In this document: positions 1 to 13,193 of the stretch, in pieces | Layout: the number at the start of each line of letters is the position of its first letter | Position numbering within the stretch: the first letter of the stretch is position 1 | Program-made: the position numbers and the translations under genes | Source: Podarcis melisellensis | Lineage: Eukaryota | NCBI GenBank assembly: GCA_964234715.1 | Contig: OZ174279.1 | Direction: 5' to 3' (one strand) | DNA: 64,000 bases | Notes under the pieces: model-generated | Told to the model about the DNA's origin: nothing | What the model saw: the letters and a program-made list of their open reading frames with translations, nothing else | Database searches by the model: none

Positions 1-972
1 ATGGGAAGAAGGATTTCCCCATATATATTTATGCAATATACAGTAAAGGGCTGTGAAAGGAAGGTTCCATGGTCCGATTAAAAACAGATCATTCTGTCAA
101 AGTTGTTGAATAGATTTCATTATATTCAAGTTGTAATATAAACCCAGGGAGCGTGGAATGCAGCTGTTCTCAAAAATATGGGGAATGCATTCTGGACTAC
201 AGATTGTATGCGAGAGGTTGCATATTTTACAGTTATTCCCAAATAGAAAGCTTTTTCTATGCAGTAACCTACCACACATCAGGGAGAGAGTTCTCCTTTC
301 TGTTTCTGAAGTGTTGGCCAGCCTCACTGAGGGATGTTTTCTGTTGACATGTCAGAGGACTTGAAATGACCCTACCCACCATTTGAGGTGGTAAAGTCCA
401 AAATTCTACATTGGGCGTAATATATTGATTGACTTTAAGAATGTCTGGGGAATTGTACCAAATGGCTTTAACTGAGCCAAGCAGCCCCTCAAAGTCTCAC
501 CTTATCTGTCAGTGTTCCGGTGGAGTGAACATGCAGGTTAATTCACTAGAAGGCCTTTGATCGAACACACTCAGTTCAGCCTTGGGGAAAGTCACTATAA
601 CTGACTGAGCCCTTTTAGATGGCAGTTCTCTCACAAGTAATCCAGCTCCCATCCTGTTCCTGTGTACAGTACTGTGCAGTGACCTGCCGATGCAGCTAAT
701 TCAGGTTCACTCCATTACTGTAATCAGTGATAGCTCCAAGCTCATTCACACCCTACGTTTAAGAAACAGAATATGTGCTGAAGTTTAAATGGCAATATTC
801 ACACAGGTCCTGATTACTGAATGCAATGACTTCCATGGAAACCGTTCATTAGGTGAGCGTTTGCATAATGAGTCCACAATGTCCATTATTTCCTACGGAA
901 TATTTCTAATGAGGGATTTGTCTGATCTCTTTCCCCTCACTCTCTATGGTTTCTTCCTGAAATTGCTGTGAA

Positions 973-1058
973 GATGAAGAAGAAGAAGAAGAAGAAGAAG
1001 AGGAGGAGGAGGAGGAGAAGGAGGAGGAGGAGGAGGAGGAGGAAGAGGAGGAGGAAGA
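973..1058. repeat. (GAA)n/(GAG)n microsatellite, probably the tail of the adjacent SINE
   Basis: Direct triplet run; it explains the spurious K/R-rich ORF 968..1468. Confidence 0.9.
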
Positions 1059-1282
1059 GTTTGGACTTGATATCCCATCTTTCACTCCCCTTAAGGAGTC
1101 TCAAAGCAGCTGACAATCTCCTTTCCCTTTCTCCCCCACAACAAACACTCTGTGAGGTGAGTGGGGCTGAGAGACTTCAAAGAAGTGTGACTGGCCCAAG
1201 GTCACCCAACAGCTGCATGTGGAGGAGTGGGGAAGTGAACCCAGTTCACCAGATTACGAGTCCACCGTTCTTAACCACTACT
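1059..1282 (-). mobile_element. CORE/MIR-like squamate SINE (Squam3-like)
   Basis: MIR/CORE-type motifs 'ctgtgaggtgagtggggctgagaga...tgactggcccaaggtcacccaacagct...gaacccag...cttaaccactac' next to a simple-repeat tail. Confidence 0.65.
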
Positions 1283-1536
1283 GGCGAAAGAGAGACAGTG
1301 GAGAAAAAATTGTCTGTTATCTCCTGCTCCCTGATTCATCTGATCTTGTTCCCCCTTTCACTCTCTGTGGTTTCTGCCTTAAAATGGCTGCCACAAAACA
1401 GCAAAGCACAGGAAGTTGGCTGTCCGAATAGTGGAATATCTGGAGTGTATAGTGAAATTTGGGTATAATTATTTATGTGTTTATAAGTGAATTTTCAGAT
1501 AGTGAATGTGTGGATAGTGGGGCCTGGGTGTGTGTA

Positions 1537-2146
1537 ACAAACAACAACAACAACAACAATAATTTATTTATACCGCACCCATCTGGCTGGGTTTCCCCAG
1601 CCACTCTGGGCGGCTTCCAACAGAATATTAAAATACAATAACCTATTAAAAATTAATAGCTTGCCTAAACAGGGCTGCCTTCAGATGTCTTCTAAAAATC
1701 AGATAGTTGTTTTTCTCCATGACATCTGGTGGGAGGGTGTTCCCCAGGGTGGGTGCCACTACCAAGAAGGCCCTCTGCCTGGTTCCCTGTAACTTGGCTT
1801 CTCGCAGTGAGGGAACCGCCAGAAGGCCCTCAGCGCAGGACCTCAGTTTCTGGGCAGAACAATGGGGGTGGAGACACTCCTTCAGGTATACTGGACTGAG
1901 GCTGTTTAGGGCTTTAAAGGTCAGCACCAACACTTTGAATTGTGCTCGGAAATGTACTGAGAGCCAATGTTGGTTTTTCAAGACCGGTGTTATGTGGTCT
2001 CAGCAGCCGCTCCCAGTCACCAGTCTAGCTGCCGCATTCTGGATTAGTTGTAGTTTCCCGGTCACCTTCAAAGGTAGCCCCACACAGAGCGCATTGCAGT
2101 TGTTCAAGCGAGAGATAACTAGAGCATACACCACTCTGGCGAGACT
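1537..2146 (-). mobile_element. L2-clade LINE 3' fragment with (AAC)n tail
   Basis: Minus ORF 1646..1981 (HWLSVHFRAQFKVLVLTFKAL...RAFLVVAP...LPPD...FRRHLKAALF) matches the L2 ORF2 C-terminus; the same 3' end recurs at 42298-42540. Confidence 0.85.
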
Positions 2147-3680
2147 ATGTACACACACACATAGTAGCATCAGTCATAGATGTTGTGTGTATGTTTAAGC
2201 ACCATGTGAGAAAGGAGGCATCCTCACTTTCATATCTAATATCAGGAACCTCTGCCATTTAACGTACATGCACCACGCACTGCTGATGGTGGTATGTGCA
2301 AGGTGGTTCGAGGTTTTATTTTTTGTCATTTGAAGTCAGTGTCTGTGCCAATAAATTTTTAGGTGAAGTGATAATCACTTGTGCAATGTTGATGCAATGC
2401 ATAAAATGTGCACAGGCAGGATTTGTCGCCCGGGTCATCTGCAAGCTGGACTCCAACAACTCTAAAATTACTTCTGCCTGTGGTTCACATTTAGAAACCA
2501 TTGCTTGGACTATTTTTTTGCATTTTATTAAAACAAAAGAATTTCTTCTTTTGGATGATTTTTCAGCCCTCCTTACTCACCTACTCATTTAAATCCCCCT
2601 CACCCTCATTCTCAGGTGCCTCTGTTTGCATCTTGCGAGATACCATGCAGGTTTTATTGAAGCACATACTTTTATTTACAAATGCGAGCTGACACTATCA
2701 ATCAGATGTGGAATAGTGACATCATTTTGTTTACTATATGGATCCTTTATTCCATGGGATCACCCACCTGACTAATGGGACAGGGGTGGGAAGCAAACAG
2801 CCAAAGTAAACAACTCTACTGAAAAGTGTAAAAAAAAAAAATGAGTATTTTCACAAACTAAATTATTTTCAAGGAAATATGAATATCCCACAGAAACACA
2901 TTTTAATCCAAAAATTCAGTCCATTGACTTCAATGTGTCTACTCTAGGCATGACTTAGGCGGCAATCACTTATAATATCCACCATACAGCACCTCCCAAG
3001 TGTGTAATGAGGGCGATTTTTTTTTTTAAAAAAAAAGCATTCTGCTTTTGCTTTATTATTTTGGAAAACAAATTGGATTATTTGACTCATGATGAATGAA
3101 ACATGATACTTTAATGCAAAAAAGTATTGTAAATTGTTTATTTTATTTTTAAAGAAACAAATTGAAATATCCTTTGATTTCTGCTCTCCCCAATTATTTT
3201 GGCTTGGCTGTTACACTGAACAAGCAGAAGAGATACAAATTTGCTTTTATAGGAAACAAAAGGAATTCTTGTGGGATTTCTTACCCCCATAATTATTCAT
3301 GACATTGTTTGATTTCAGTATGACCTTTATGGTTTTATTGTTTGTTTGACATATGCCTACGTTTGGATAATTGATTTTTTTTCCTTGTGTAATAATGTTT
3401 TGCAGGAGCTTTTTCAATGATATATGACCCTGTCTGCAAATTCCCCCACCCCAACCTCACTTCTATCAGCTGTAATTTGCTATTCATTATGACTGAGTAT
3501 CCATTGTAAATGAAAGCTTGCTCTCATAGGATTCAGTTTCTTCAGGTAAAAGTTGTGACAGGCAGCAGAAACAATTTCCTGTGTGCTTGTTGTTTTCTGA
3601 ATAAGTTAGGATGCACCTTCTTGCTAAAAAATAAAGTGTCAGTCATGAGAAATTGTCCTGAGTATTCGGTAACAATCCTT

Positions 3681-3842
3681 GAATCCTAGAACTGAAGAGT
3701 TGGAAGGGACCAGGAGGATCATGTAGTCTAACCCCCTGCAATGCAGGAATCTCAGCTACATCATACATGACAGATGCCTAGCCAACTTCTGCTTGAAAAC
3801 CTTCAAGGAAGAAGAGCCCACCATCTCCCAAGGTAACTGTTG
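3681..3842 (-). mobile_element. CR1 LINE 3' end fragment
   Basis: 'gagttggaagggacc...atcatgtagtctaaccccctg' is the reverse complement of the CR1 3' terminus; the same tail is on the SINEs at 43422 and 55676. Confidence 0.65.
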
Positions 3843-4116
3843 CTTTGAGCATAAGATAACTGAATTTAAATAGCATAATAATAAGACCAGCAGTATCATC
3901 CTTTTCATTTCTGCAAGGGAGGAGAGAGGAATCCATCCACTTTACACATTGGACCAATCTGATTTGACATTCCACACTGGATAACTAACAGCTGGATGGT
4001 GCCCTAATCCAGATTTTGAGATGCCATTTTGGTTCAAAAAAAGTGCACAAAGGTTATACAGTATGTATATATTAGGGAAAAGGCACATTTCATTGAACAA
4101 GTGTATCCAAAATGCA

Positions 4117-4159
<43 letters not shown>

Positions 4160-6343
4160 TCCACGCAAAATAGAGTGCAATGGAGTTATGATTGCACATC
4201 ATTAAATCCTGCATGGAGTAGACTTAAGCTGCTCTGTTCAGAGTTCATCCATAAAGTCAGAAGGAAGTCATGTTACATTTCATGAGACTTACTCAGTGGT
4301 AACCTTGTATAGCATTTCAAACTGAGTTTACCTGTTGGATATTCAGGATTAAGCTATTACTGCTTCTCTGTGAGGAATGCACAGGAGTTTGAGGAATGCA
4401 CAAATAGAATTCTTTTAGAACTTGGGATCTGTCAAAGAAACTGACGAGCAGACAATTTTTTTTGACTTTTTCACATTATGTACTATTAACTAAAGGAAAA
4501 CATAGCCACAGGATTTGGTGACAGAAACCATCTTTGGTGACTTTTAAAAAGAAATCCTTTGTGATTGGGGAACTCAATTATTGTTAAATATGATAACTAA
4601 AACCCTCCAAGTTCAAAGAGAGCCTCCTTCTGCATACCAGATCCTGAATGTGACCTAGGGGTGGACGGTTACTTTCATTACTTGTTTGAAACCCTCCCAG
4701 AAGCATCTCGCAGCCTGCCATTAGAAGCAGAATGCTGGAGTTTATGGAACTTTGTCTGAGGTGAGCCAGGAATCAGGCACTATGAGACAAGGTAAGTAAT
4801 CAGAACTGAATAAAAAGTCAGGACCAAGCAACAAATCAGGAGGCAAGGCCAAGAAGCAAGCCAGAAGTCAGGGCCAAAGTATAACTAAAGATACAGGAAC
4901 ACGTCAAGAAAACTATGTTGTTCTAGGAAGACTCAATTGGAACAGGAAGTTTCATACTCCTTCCTGTTGAGGAGGATCCAATGGCCAGCCAGTGCGATGG
5001 TAGATGGAGTCAGTCCAGGACCTGAAGATAATTAAGAAGCTGTCACATGCAGTTCATTGACTCACCACACGGAGCAGCTGTCCAAGAATCTTAACAGCTC
5101 CCATCAGTTTCTTATCCAGGAAGTCTGAGATCTAAGAACTTAATTTCTATTGTCAAGTTTAAATGGGTTTCATTGGAATTTGGAGTCTCCAAGATCACAT
5201 TTGCTCCTGGAATAATATCATTTTAGAGTGATGGCCCCAGTAACCAAGTCTTTTTCATAAAAGGCAGTAAAGCAGAGAGCATGAACACTCATTTCAGCAA
5301 TTGATGGATATTATTTAAGTTAGGGTGGGCTATGTGATTCATGGGGGAAAATATTTAAAAGGATAGGTGAGAGTATGGGACAAATGTAATGCATTCCCAG
5401 GGGCCACACATATTGCTTCATTATATTTGGTGTCCCAGGAGTTAAGAAAGTGCACTACATTGCAACATTATTTTCTCAAAAGGCCCTAATAGGCTTTGCC
5501 TTTTAAAAGCTTCGGAGTAGTTTGTCAGGTTGCAATACATCAAGAAATACACTTGATGCAAGTTCAAAACACACTTTTGTCAATCCAGCCTTTCCCCTGA
5601 AGGGAAGATTGAACTAGAAGTAAAATACCAAGTGTTTCCCTTGGCCGAATGGGAAACTAAAGGTTTTTAGGAGACGGACTGCTCCAACCTAGCTTCCTCC
5701 AGGTGTTTGGGGTTAACAGCTCCCATCATATCCCTGAGCATTTGGCCTTGCTAGCTCTGGCTGATAGGTGTTGCAGTCCAAGTGGAGGTCACCAGGATGG
5801 GGGAAGCTGGTAGGCATTCTTCATAGTTTTTCATGTGTGCACCAGGGGTGGGTGGATACATCTATTTCAGTTTCTCGGTTTCTAATTTTTCCAACCTTTG
5901 GCTCAGTTCTCCAGACTTCCACATCAGCTTGCAATTTTATTTTATTTTTAGAAGTCCTCATGAGAATTTATATACACAACCTTTGGCATGCTTTGATTAA
6001 CTTCTGCAATGTTATATGCTACAAAGATTATAGATAATTTATGATAAGTTAAAAGTAATACAATAATCAGTCAAAAAGGAAACAAAGGACGGAAGTCTCA
6101 ATGTATGGAATTGTTTTTTGTATTTGATGTGATTTTTTCCCCCTCTGGTTCTTTTTGTGGTGAATGGATTCAATATTTAAAATCAATAAAGATTAAATTG
6201 CAAGAAAAGAAAAGGATTTATATACACATAACCTACACATTTTGCATATTATTTTTGTAAAAGCAATTTCCCCCATTATAATGGGTGGGACTTGACTAAG
6301 TTTGACTCGGAATAGATCCTTTGAAATTAATGAACATGACTAA

Positions 6344-7366
6344 ATATTATGAAAATGATGTATAGATGGTACTTAACCCCAGTAAAATTAGCAAAGATCT
6401 ACCATACAAGTGATAATTTATGTTGGAAATGTAAAGAAAAAGAAGGTACCTTTTATCATATGTGGTGGACGTGTCCTAAAGTGAAAGACTTCTGGGAAAA
6501 GATTTATAATGAATTGAAAAAAATGTTGAAATATAAATTTATTAAGAAACGAGAAGCCTTTCTACTTGGAATAATAGGATTGGAAATGCCCCAAAAGGAT
6601 GTTAGATTTTTTTGTATGCCACCACCGCAGCAAGAATCTTATTAGTTAAAATTAGAAATCGCAATGGATACAACAGTAGAAGAATGACAGATGAAGATGT
6701 TCGACTTATTAGAGCTGGCCGACCTTACTGGAAGAATCCGTGATCAGAAAGAAGAGGAACGCCAAGAGCAATGGATGAAATTTAAAGACTATTTAGTTAA
6801 ATATTGTAATACAGTGGTACCCCGGGTTAAGTATTTAATTCATTCCGGAGGTTCATTCTTAACCTAAAACTGTTCTTAACCTGAAGCACCACTTTAGCTA
6901 ATGGGGCCTCCTGCTGCTGCCGCACTACCGGAGCACAATTTCTGTTCTAATCCTGAAGCAAAGTTCTTAACCCGAGGGTTAGCGGAGTCTGTAACCTGAA
7001 GCATATGTAACCCGAGGTACCACTGTATAAGACAAGTAGAAGCTACTTGAAAGTACCAATTTGGCTAAGGAATAGAATATGATTAAACTGTAAAACATTA
7101 TGGGTTTATAAATTATGAAAAGAAGTAAAGATAGTAATTGGAAGGAGTAAATTTTGTTACAAAGAAAATATTGGAAAACTGTTGCAAGGGGATACAGTGG
7201 AATTCAGTTAGGGGGGATTTGAGGAAGTCAGTTTACAATGAAAACTAAATTGGATTCTAGAAGGATTGTGTGTTTATATGTATGTTTTTCTTTTTTCTTT
7301 TTTCTTTCTCTTTTTAGTATGTGATATTTGTTATAAATTTGGAAAATTAATTAAAAAAATTAAAAA
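6344..7366 (+). mobile_element. 5'-truncated L1 (ORF2 C-terminus, 3' UTR, A-rich tail) with 21-bp TSD
   Basis: ORF 6349..6645 has the L1 CCHC motif CWKC..GTFYHMWWTC; TSD gaaattaa(t/c)gaacatgactaa at 6323-6343 and 7367-7387. Confidence 0.9.
6812..7025. mobile_element. Tc1/mariner (Tigger/pogo-like) MITE nested in the L1
   Basis: TIR cagtggtacc...ggtaccactg flanked by TA on both sides; a second copy in opposite orientation at 50145-50386. Confidence 0.85.
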
Positions 7367-9386
7367 GAAATTAACGAACATGACTAAGTTAATTTCAGTG
7401 AATCTACTTGTTGGGTAAATCTTAGTAGAATACAGCAAGTTTTTGTAGGCTATTTTCACCAATATGTGCATTTTTATGCACATTTTTATTTTTTATTAGA
7501 AAAAAAACAGTTCAGTGGCAGAGCACTTGCTTTACATCTCTAAGATTGTAGGGTTTTTTATTATTATTTGCTTGCCTTTTAAAATGATTGGATGCCAGGT
7601 AATAGGAAAGACCCTCTGCCTGATACCCTGCCAGTCAGAGTGGACAATATTAAGTTAAGCCCAGCTTTCTTTCTGTGTTCCATAGGACGTGTGTAAGAAT
7701 GTATCCTTGAATCAACTTGGGGATGACCAACAAACTCATAAAGGATCACTTCTTGATAGCCATTGATCTGGAATAATTTTACGTCACTAGAAATTACTGT
7801 GTTGAATGGAAATTGTACAGGTCTGATCCTGAACGATGAATTATTCTTTCATGGCAAAAAGAAAATCTCTTTGAGGAAGGAATCATTGTCCTTTTCTAGG
7901 TGAGCTATTGTCATTGCGGAGTAAACCCAGTTATCTGATAAGGTTTGTGGGGAGGGTATTATCTGCTGGACAATGTGCATTTGGCCAATGACAATCCAAT
8001 CAGCGTTTGGTCATGGCTCAGTGGAGTGGCGGTCTTAAAAAATGAAAGGGGAGGACATTGCAGGCTGTTGGCTAAGCCAGTCTTTCCCTAAATGAAGCTT
8101 TAATGAACCAACTTCAATTTCACCCAGATGGGTCAGAGGTTGCCAGCTTCTCTTCAAGCATTTAACATTTCAATCTCACCGTCAACAACTCAGCCTCATC
8201 CCCCCCCCTCAATGTGTACAATCTGTGTGCTCTATCACCCAATCTGTTAGCTGCTCTAATTTTTCACACAATGAAATGTTAATGCTTTTAAGATCATTTA
8301 CATATGGCCTAGTAGTTATTTAAGAAAACAGCAATTAGATGTGTTGGGATAATTAACAGTGTGCATACCATTAGCAACGTGTGAATAATACGTTTTTTAA
8401 GACGCCAGGCATTCAGGCAATGAAAGCCAAGTAAATGTAATCCAGCCCTCTCAGTTAAGATTTTATTTCCTCATTACATTAATTAAAACTAAAAGTATTC
8501 TGTTCAGAGTCAGTGGGAGGCAGGGTAGAATGGGTCAATGACCACTTTCCCCTAGAGGAATCCCAATCAGTTTGAACCCTATTTTTCTCACACACCTGAA
8601 AAGGGCTTTCAGAATCATATCTGCATTTTGTTCTTTTCTTTTCTAATGGCAGAAATGTGAATTTTGGCTCACTCATTCATCAGCAGGACGTGGAACATAA
8701 TTCCTCAGGGCAACCTAAACTATGGACAGCAGTGTCCATAGCTTGACTCAACTCAGCTCTTTTGCATCCATAATTAACTTTCTTGTTAATGTACCCACTG
8801 ATGTCAAACAGAATGAAAACGTTATGGCAGCGTGGTCCTGAGCATTCCCTAGAAGTCAATAATTTCAAAGGCCCTGCTATGCTATTGTTTCCAAATTAGG
8901 CATTAAAAGACATTAAAAGGCTCCCCCTCTGGCTCAGTGAATATGACATTATACTTGGCAGCATCTAAAGTCAAATTGGAGAATGATCTTGGGTTATTGG
9001 ATTAGCTTTCCTTACATGTACTTGTTTCCTGAAAAAAATAGTACTTATGCTCCATTTGTATTACTCAGTGTCTCTCTGTTTTACAGAAGACTTTAAAGAA
9101 CTGAAACTGATAGTTACAAAGGCGTCATAGCCTTTTACTCAATGGGCTTTACTTTTGAGTAGTCATGAATAGGATTGTGCCATTAGTTACTTATTTGCTG
9201 AGGGCATTACTCTTCCCTGAATGAGGGACCAATTGTGCTGTATTTTCTTCTTGTTTTCAGAATTCATTTTTGTTGCTGATTTTATGCTGTTCGCCACCAT
9301 GATTTTTTCCCTTACTGTTGGCAGTATAGCCATTTTTGCCCAAATAAAATAGCTGCATGTGGAAAGGTCCTCATAGGCATAGGCAT

Positions 9387-9648
9387 TGTTAAGTTGTGGG
9401 TGAACATATCAGACGACACAGCGATTCTTCAAACATCTCTTGTTTATTCACAGGCAAGAACAGAACTGAACTGAAGGGTTCAGCCTGTCTGCTTATATAG
9501 AGCTCCACTAGAATGCAACAGTAACCACTTTCTGTAATTATCAAATCACTGAACGTCACTTTCAATCCCTTATTTGCATATGCAGACCTGAGTGAAAACT
9601 ATACAGTATCCCCCTGCTGGCCCAGGGTGAGAACTTCAGTACATAACT
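9387..9648 (-). mobile_element. Probable solo LTR
   Basis: Ends tgtta...taac(t); imperfect 5-bp TSD ggcat/gtcat; octamer ATGCAAAT, TATA (ctatataagc) and AATAAA in the correct order on the minus strand. Confidence 0.6.
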
Positions 9649-10019
9649 GTCATCTGTGGGTGAACACTCCCCACATAAGAAGCTCACCTTTCATATCATC
9701 TTCTGTTGCTAGATCCCTTCACCTACTTGAAGGAAAGGGACTTTGCACATAGAAATGATATGTTGTTGTTTTTTCTGGAAATCTAACAGCTGAGACAAAG
9801 CTTCTCCCCACCTACCAACTGAAATTGGCCCTTCTGTGCTTCCTCGATTATTTTTTTCTGGTGTCACAACTTTTCTTAGGATACACTACAGCTCTTTCCC
9901 TCCCTCCATTCATAAAGACACTCAAGGTTCAGATATGCCTCTCACATCCTCCATTGGGTTCTCTTACTGTGCTTCAACTTACTCAGTAATATCAAGTAAT
10001 TTACAGTGATCAAGAGAAG

Positions 10020-10500
10020 AGCTTGGGGTTGTTCCTGGACACAACATTGTCAATGAAGACTCAGGTTGATTTGCCCACTATGGTCTCTCTTGGACAGAAA
10101 TGACTTGGCCATGAATCCCACACTGGATTATTGAAACATGTTCCATGTTGGGCTGTTCTTGAAAATAATTCAGGAGCTTCGACTGGTCCAAAATGCACCG
10201 GTCAGTTTATCGACTGGGATTCTATTTAAAACTCACATAACCCATGTTCCAGAGCAGCCGCATTGCTTGCCAATTTGTTTCTGGGCCCAATTCAAGGTGC
10301 TCACATTATTGTTTAAATCCCTAAGTGACTTTGGACTCAAATATCTGAAAGGTCTCCTCTTTCCCGCAGATGTTAAGATTGACAGGTGTTAAGATTGACA
10401 GAGGTGTGACCTCATGATTGTTCCACCTACTCTTAGCTGTTGGGGGAGTGCATAAAGAGAAGAATTCATTGACCTGTTTGAGTGCCTTAAGGTCCCTTGA
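10020..10500 (+). mobile_element. Old, degraded L2 fragment
   Basis: ORF 10138..10392 LRLVQNA...THITHV...HCLPICFWAQFKVL resembles the L2 ORF2 C-terminal region. Confidence 0.6.
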
Positions 10501-10592
10501 ATAGAGTATGGCTGACCAAAAGGAGCCTGTACAGGAAACCACCATCCAAATGGCATACAAAAAAAAGGAGACAAAATCAAGCTAAAACTAAG

Positions 10593-10624
<32 letters not shown>

Positions 10625-11746
10625 GAGAAAAATAAGTATAAAACAGAAGTAAGTTTTTAAACAGATATAAAACTTTTAAATCAGTTCTGCATGTCCCTCT
10701 TGTGTATTACATTTGTTATACATTCATGGTTTTCCAACAGCTGATTTTAGCAGCATAGAAACACATCTCTCATGGGACTGGGAAAAGAATATAAAAATGG
10801 TAATGCAAATGATCAGATGTAATGCATGGCTTCCCTGTAACCCTTAAAGAGATTGGGACACCTTGGTTTAAAGAAGGTACATTCATGAGAGGAATGAACA
10901 GTCTGCAAATAGAGGCAGCCTCTAGCCTTTTTCATGAACTGGAGAGCACTCACTGAAAATGAACTTAAGGCACATACTAAAAATTAACACAATTACTGAG
11001 CTGAGTATTCCAGTGTTACTAATGTAATAACATTCCCCCTTGGACCCCGTGTCCACCTAAGCTACATAAGATGATTAGATGTAATAAATTGGTAATATAG
11101 AAAATATGGACTGGCAAATCTTAAGTATAGCCTTTAATAAATCAATAGCCCATGTGTACCAAATGAGTGGACCCACAACCTCTTCTCACCACAGGCAACT
11201 AGCAGCCAATGTTGTAGAGTGTCTAGAGGATGAGTAGAGAACCTGTAACACTTCAGATGCTCTTGGTCTACTACTCCAATAATCCCTGATCATTGGCCAT
11301 GTTGGCTGGAGCTGATGAGAGTTCCACAACATTTGAAGGCCCAAAGGATTTCCATCCCTAATTTAGAATGTGGAATTTGGATCTGGGTTCAAAATCTTGC
11401 TCGGCCAAGAATGCCTTGGGTAAGTCACCATCACGGTGCCATCTCTACTTTCACAGTACTTCATATATTTGGTGTACATCTTCCCATGGTCTCAGCAAAA
11501 TGATTCATTGGATCAAGTGATGTCTGCAAGAAAGAACAAATGAAGAAAGAACAAATAGAAGTAATTGGTCACCCTTCTCATGTTCTTAGGATGTGTGATT
11601 CCATCCTGTCTCCCACCATCCAGTTCTGGTCATTTTATGAGATTGACCCAGGAACACTATCCTTACATTGACAAGTTGTCTTGAAGATGTGTCCCACACT
11701 TTCTTTTTTATCACCTAAATGAGCCACACACTGCAGAAATCCAATA

Positions 11747-11980
11747 CTCCAGGCCCAGTTCTTCAACGCACGGGCATGCGATTGCATGGTACCCAAATCC
11801 CATTCTATGAAATCTCAGAAGTGGGGAATATTTAATGGTAAGGTCATGAATTTTTCAAAAACACTCGTGAGACTTTTCAGTTGAAGCCATAGAACCACAC
11901 ACTCATGCACTTGGGTCTACAGGGAATAAAAGATCCAGTCAAAAGGAATCTGCCAGTGAGGGGAAGACTATATAGTTTTT
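11747..11980 (+). repeat. 234-bp direct duplication, copy 1 (left flank of the Ngaro element)
   Basis: ctccaggcccagtt...gactatatagttttt matches 15749-15982 with no difference found by eye. Confidence 0.95.
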
Positions 11981-12374
11981 TGTGTGGCTATTCCCTCCCC
12001 CCCCCCCACAGGTGGAATAAATGAAGACAACGGACACAGAGTTTTTAGGTTAATGGGCGAAAATGGCCACAACTTTATTGATTACAGGAAAGAAGGGTAT
12101 TGGCTTTAGGCATTGGGCCTAACCGACTATCCGGTCTGACCGGGAAGGGTTAAACACCAACAGGGGGAGCCACCCGAGATGCATATCCCTAGGCGCTCCC
12201 CGAGGGGTTACCGCTCGGGGGCGCGCTTTAGGCCCTAGCCTCCGTAGGTTTCGGACGAGGCGTCGCCCCTCGGAGTCCTTTAACGAACTACCCTTCAAGC
12301 ATTGGGGGAGGTGATGGCGTTCCTCCCCCCCAACCTCATCTGCATGATAATACCCCGGCCAATGCCTACCGCCA
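11980..12374 (-). repeat. Ngaro split direct repeat B2
   Basis: Matches 12769-13161 apart from 2 substitutions and a 2-nt poly-C length difference; minus-strand AATAAA near 12074-12079. Confidence 0.9.
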
Positions 12375-12768
12375 AAACCGAGGGAGTTGTGACGATTTGC
12401 TACGAGGTAGGCGAAAAAAACCAAGTGGCTCACCAAACCAGCCAATTAGCCAAATGGAAAAACTCCTACCAGGCCCCTTGCGGCGACCAGCCGAAGCCCA
12501 TAGCAAGGTCAGTGGCAAAACCTAAAGGGCGGGTGGGTGGGAAACCGCGTCGTCTCCAGGGAAGAAAGGTGGCGAGCCAGGGGCTGCCCTGACCTTAAGT
12601 GGCCCTACGAAGGCCCGCCCCTGCCGCCAGCCGATTGGCTGGCGCCACAGGGTATGCTAATTGAGGGAATCCCTGTCTCCCGCGAGGCTGACGCCAGCCT
12701 CGCGAGAGCAAGTGTGGGCGGGGTCGTGATCCCACAACCCCCCCTCCTCCTGAAGGTCGGAAGGGGCA
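12375..12768 (-). promoter_or_regulatory. Ngaro A2 segment with promoter-like boxes
   Basis: Unique segment between the B repeats; minus strand shows CCAAT (~12634-12638), a GC box GGGGCGGG (~12614-12621) and a TTAAG element (~12594-12598) in promoter order. Function is inferred. Confidence 0.55.
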
Positions 12769-13161
12769 TTGTGTGGCTATTCCCTCCCCCCCCCACAGGT
12801 GGAATAAATGAAGACAACGGACACAGAGTTTTTAGGTTAATGGGCGAAAATGGCCACAACTTTATTGATTACAGGAAAGAAGGGTATTGGCTTTAGGCAT
12901 TGGCCCTAACCGACTATCCGGTCTGACCGGGAAGGGTTAAACACCAACAGGGGGAGCCACCCGAGATGCATATCCCTAGGCGCTCCCCGAGGGGTTACCG
13001 CTCGGGGGCGCGCTTTAGGCCCTAGCCTCCGTAGGTTTCGGATGAGGCGTCGCCCCTCGGAGTCCTTTAACGAACTACCCTTCAAGCATTGGGGGAGGTG
13101 ATGGCGTTCCTCCCCCCCAACCTCATCTGCATGATAATACCCCGGCCAATGCCTACCGCCA
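12769..13161 (-). repeat. Ngaro split direct repeat B1
   Basis: Near-identical to 11980-12374; begins about 30 nt after the SGNH stop codon. Confidence 0.9.
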
Positions 13162-13193
13162 CCGAGCCGCAAGCCGGCTCGCCGCCAATACCC

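Noticed and set aside
390-960. Repeat-free stretches that look like conserved enhancers (also ~7760-9010 and ~50700-51010)
   Set aside because: Conservation cannot be judged without alignments.
968-1468. 166-aa K/R-rich ORF
   Set aside because: It is a translation of a microsatellite plus a SINE.
4750-5120. Possible degraded LTR with short cagg/caag repeats
   Set aside because: No definable termini or TSD.
12119-13172. Duplicated ORFs (12119..12445 and 12906..13172) with the same peptide
   Set aside because: By-product of the B1/B2 repeats; no domain signal.
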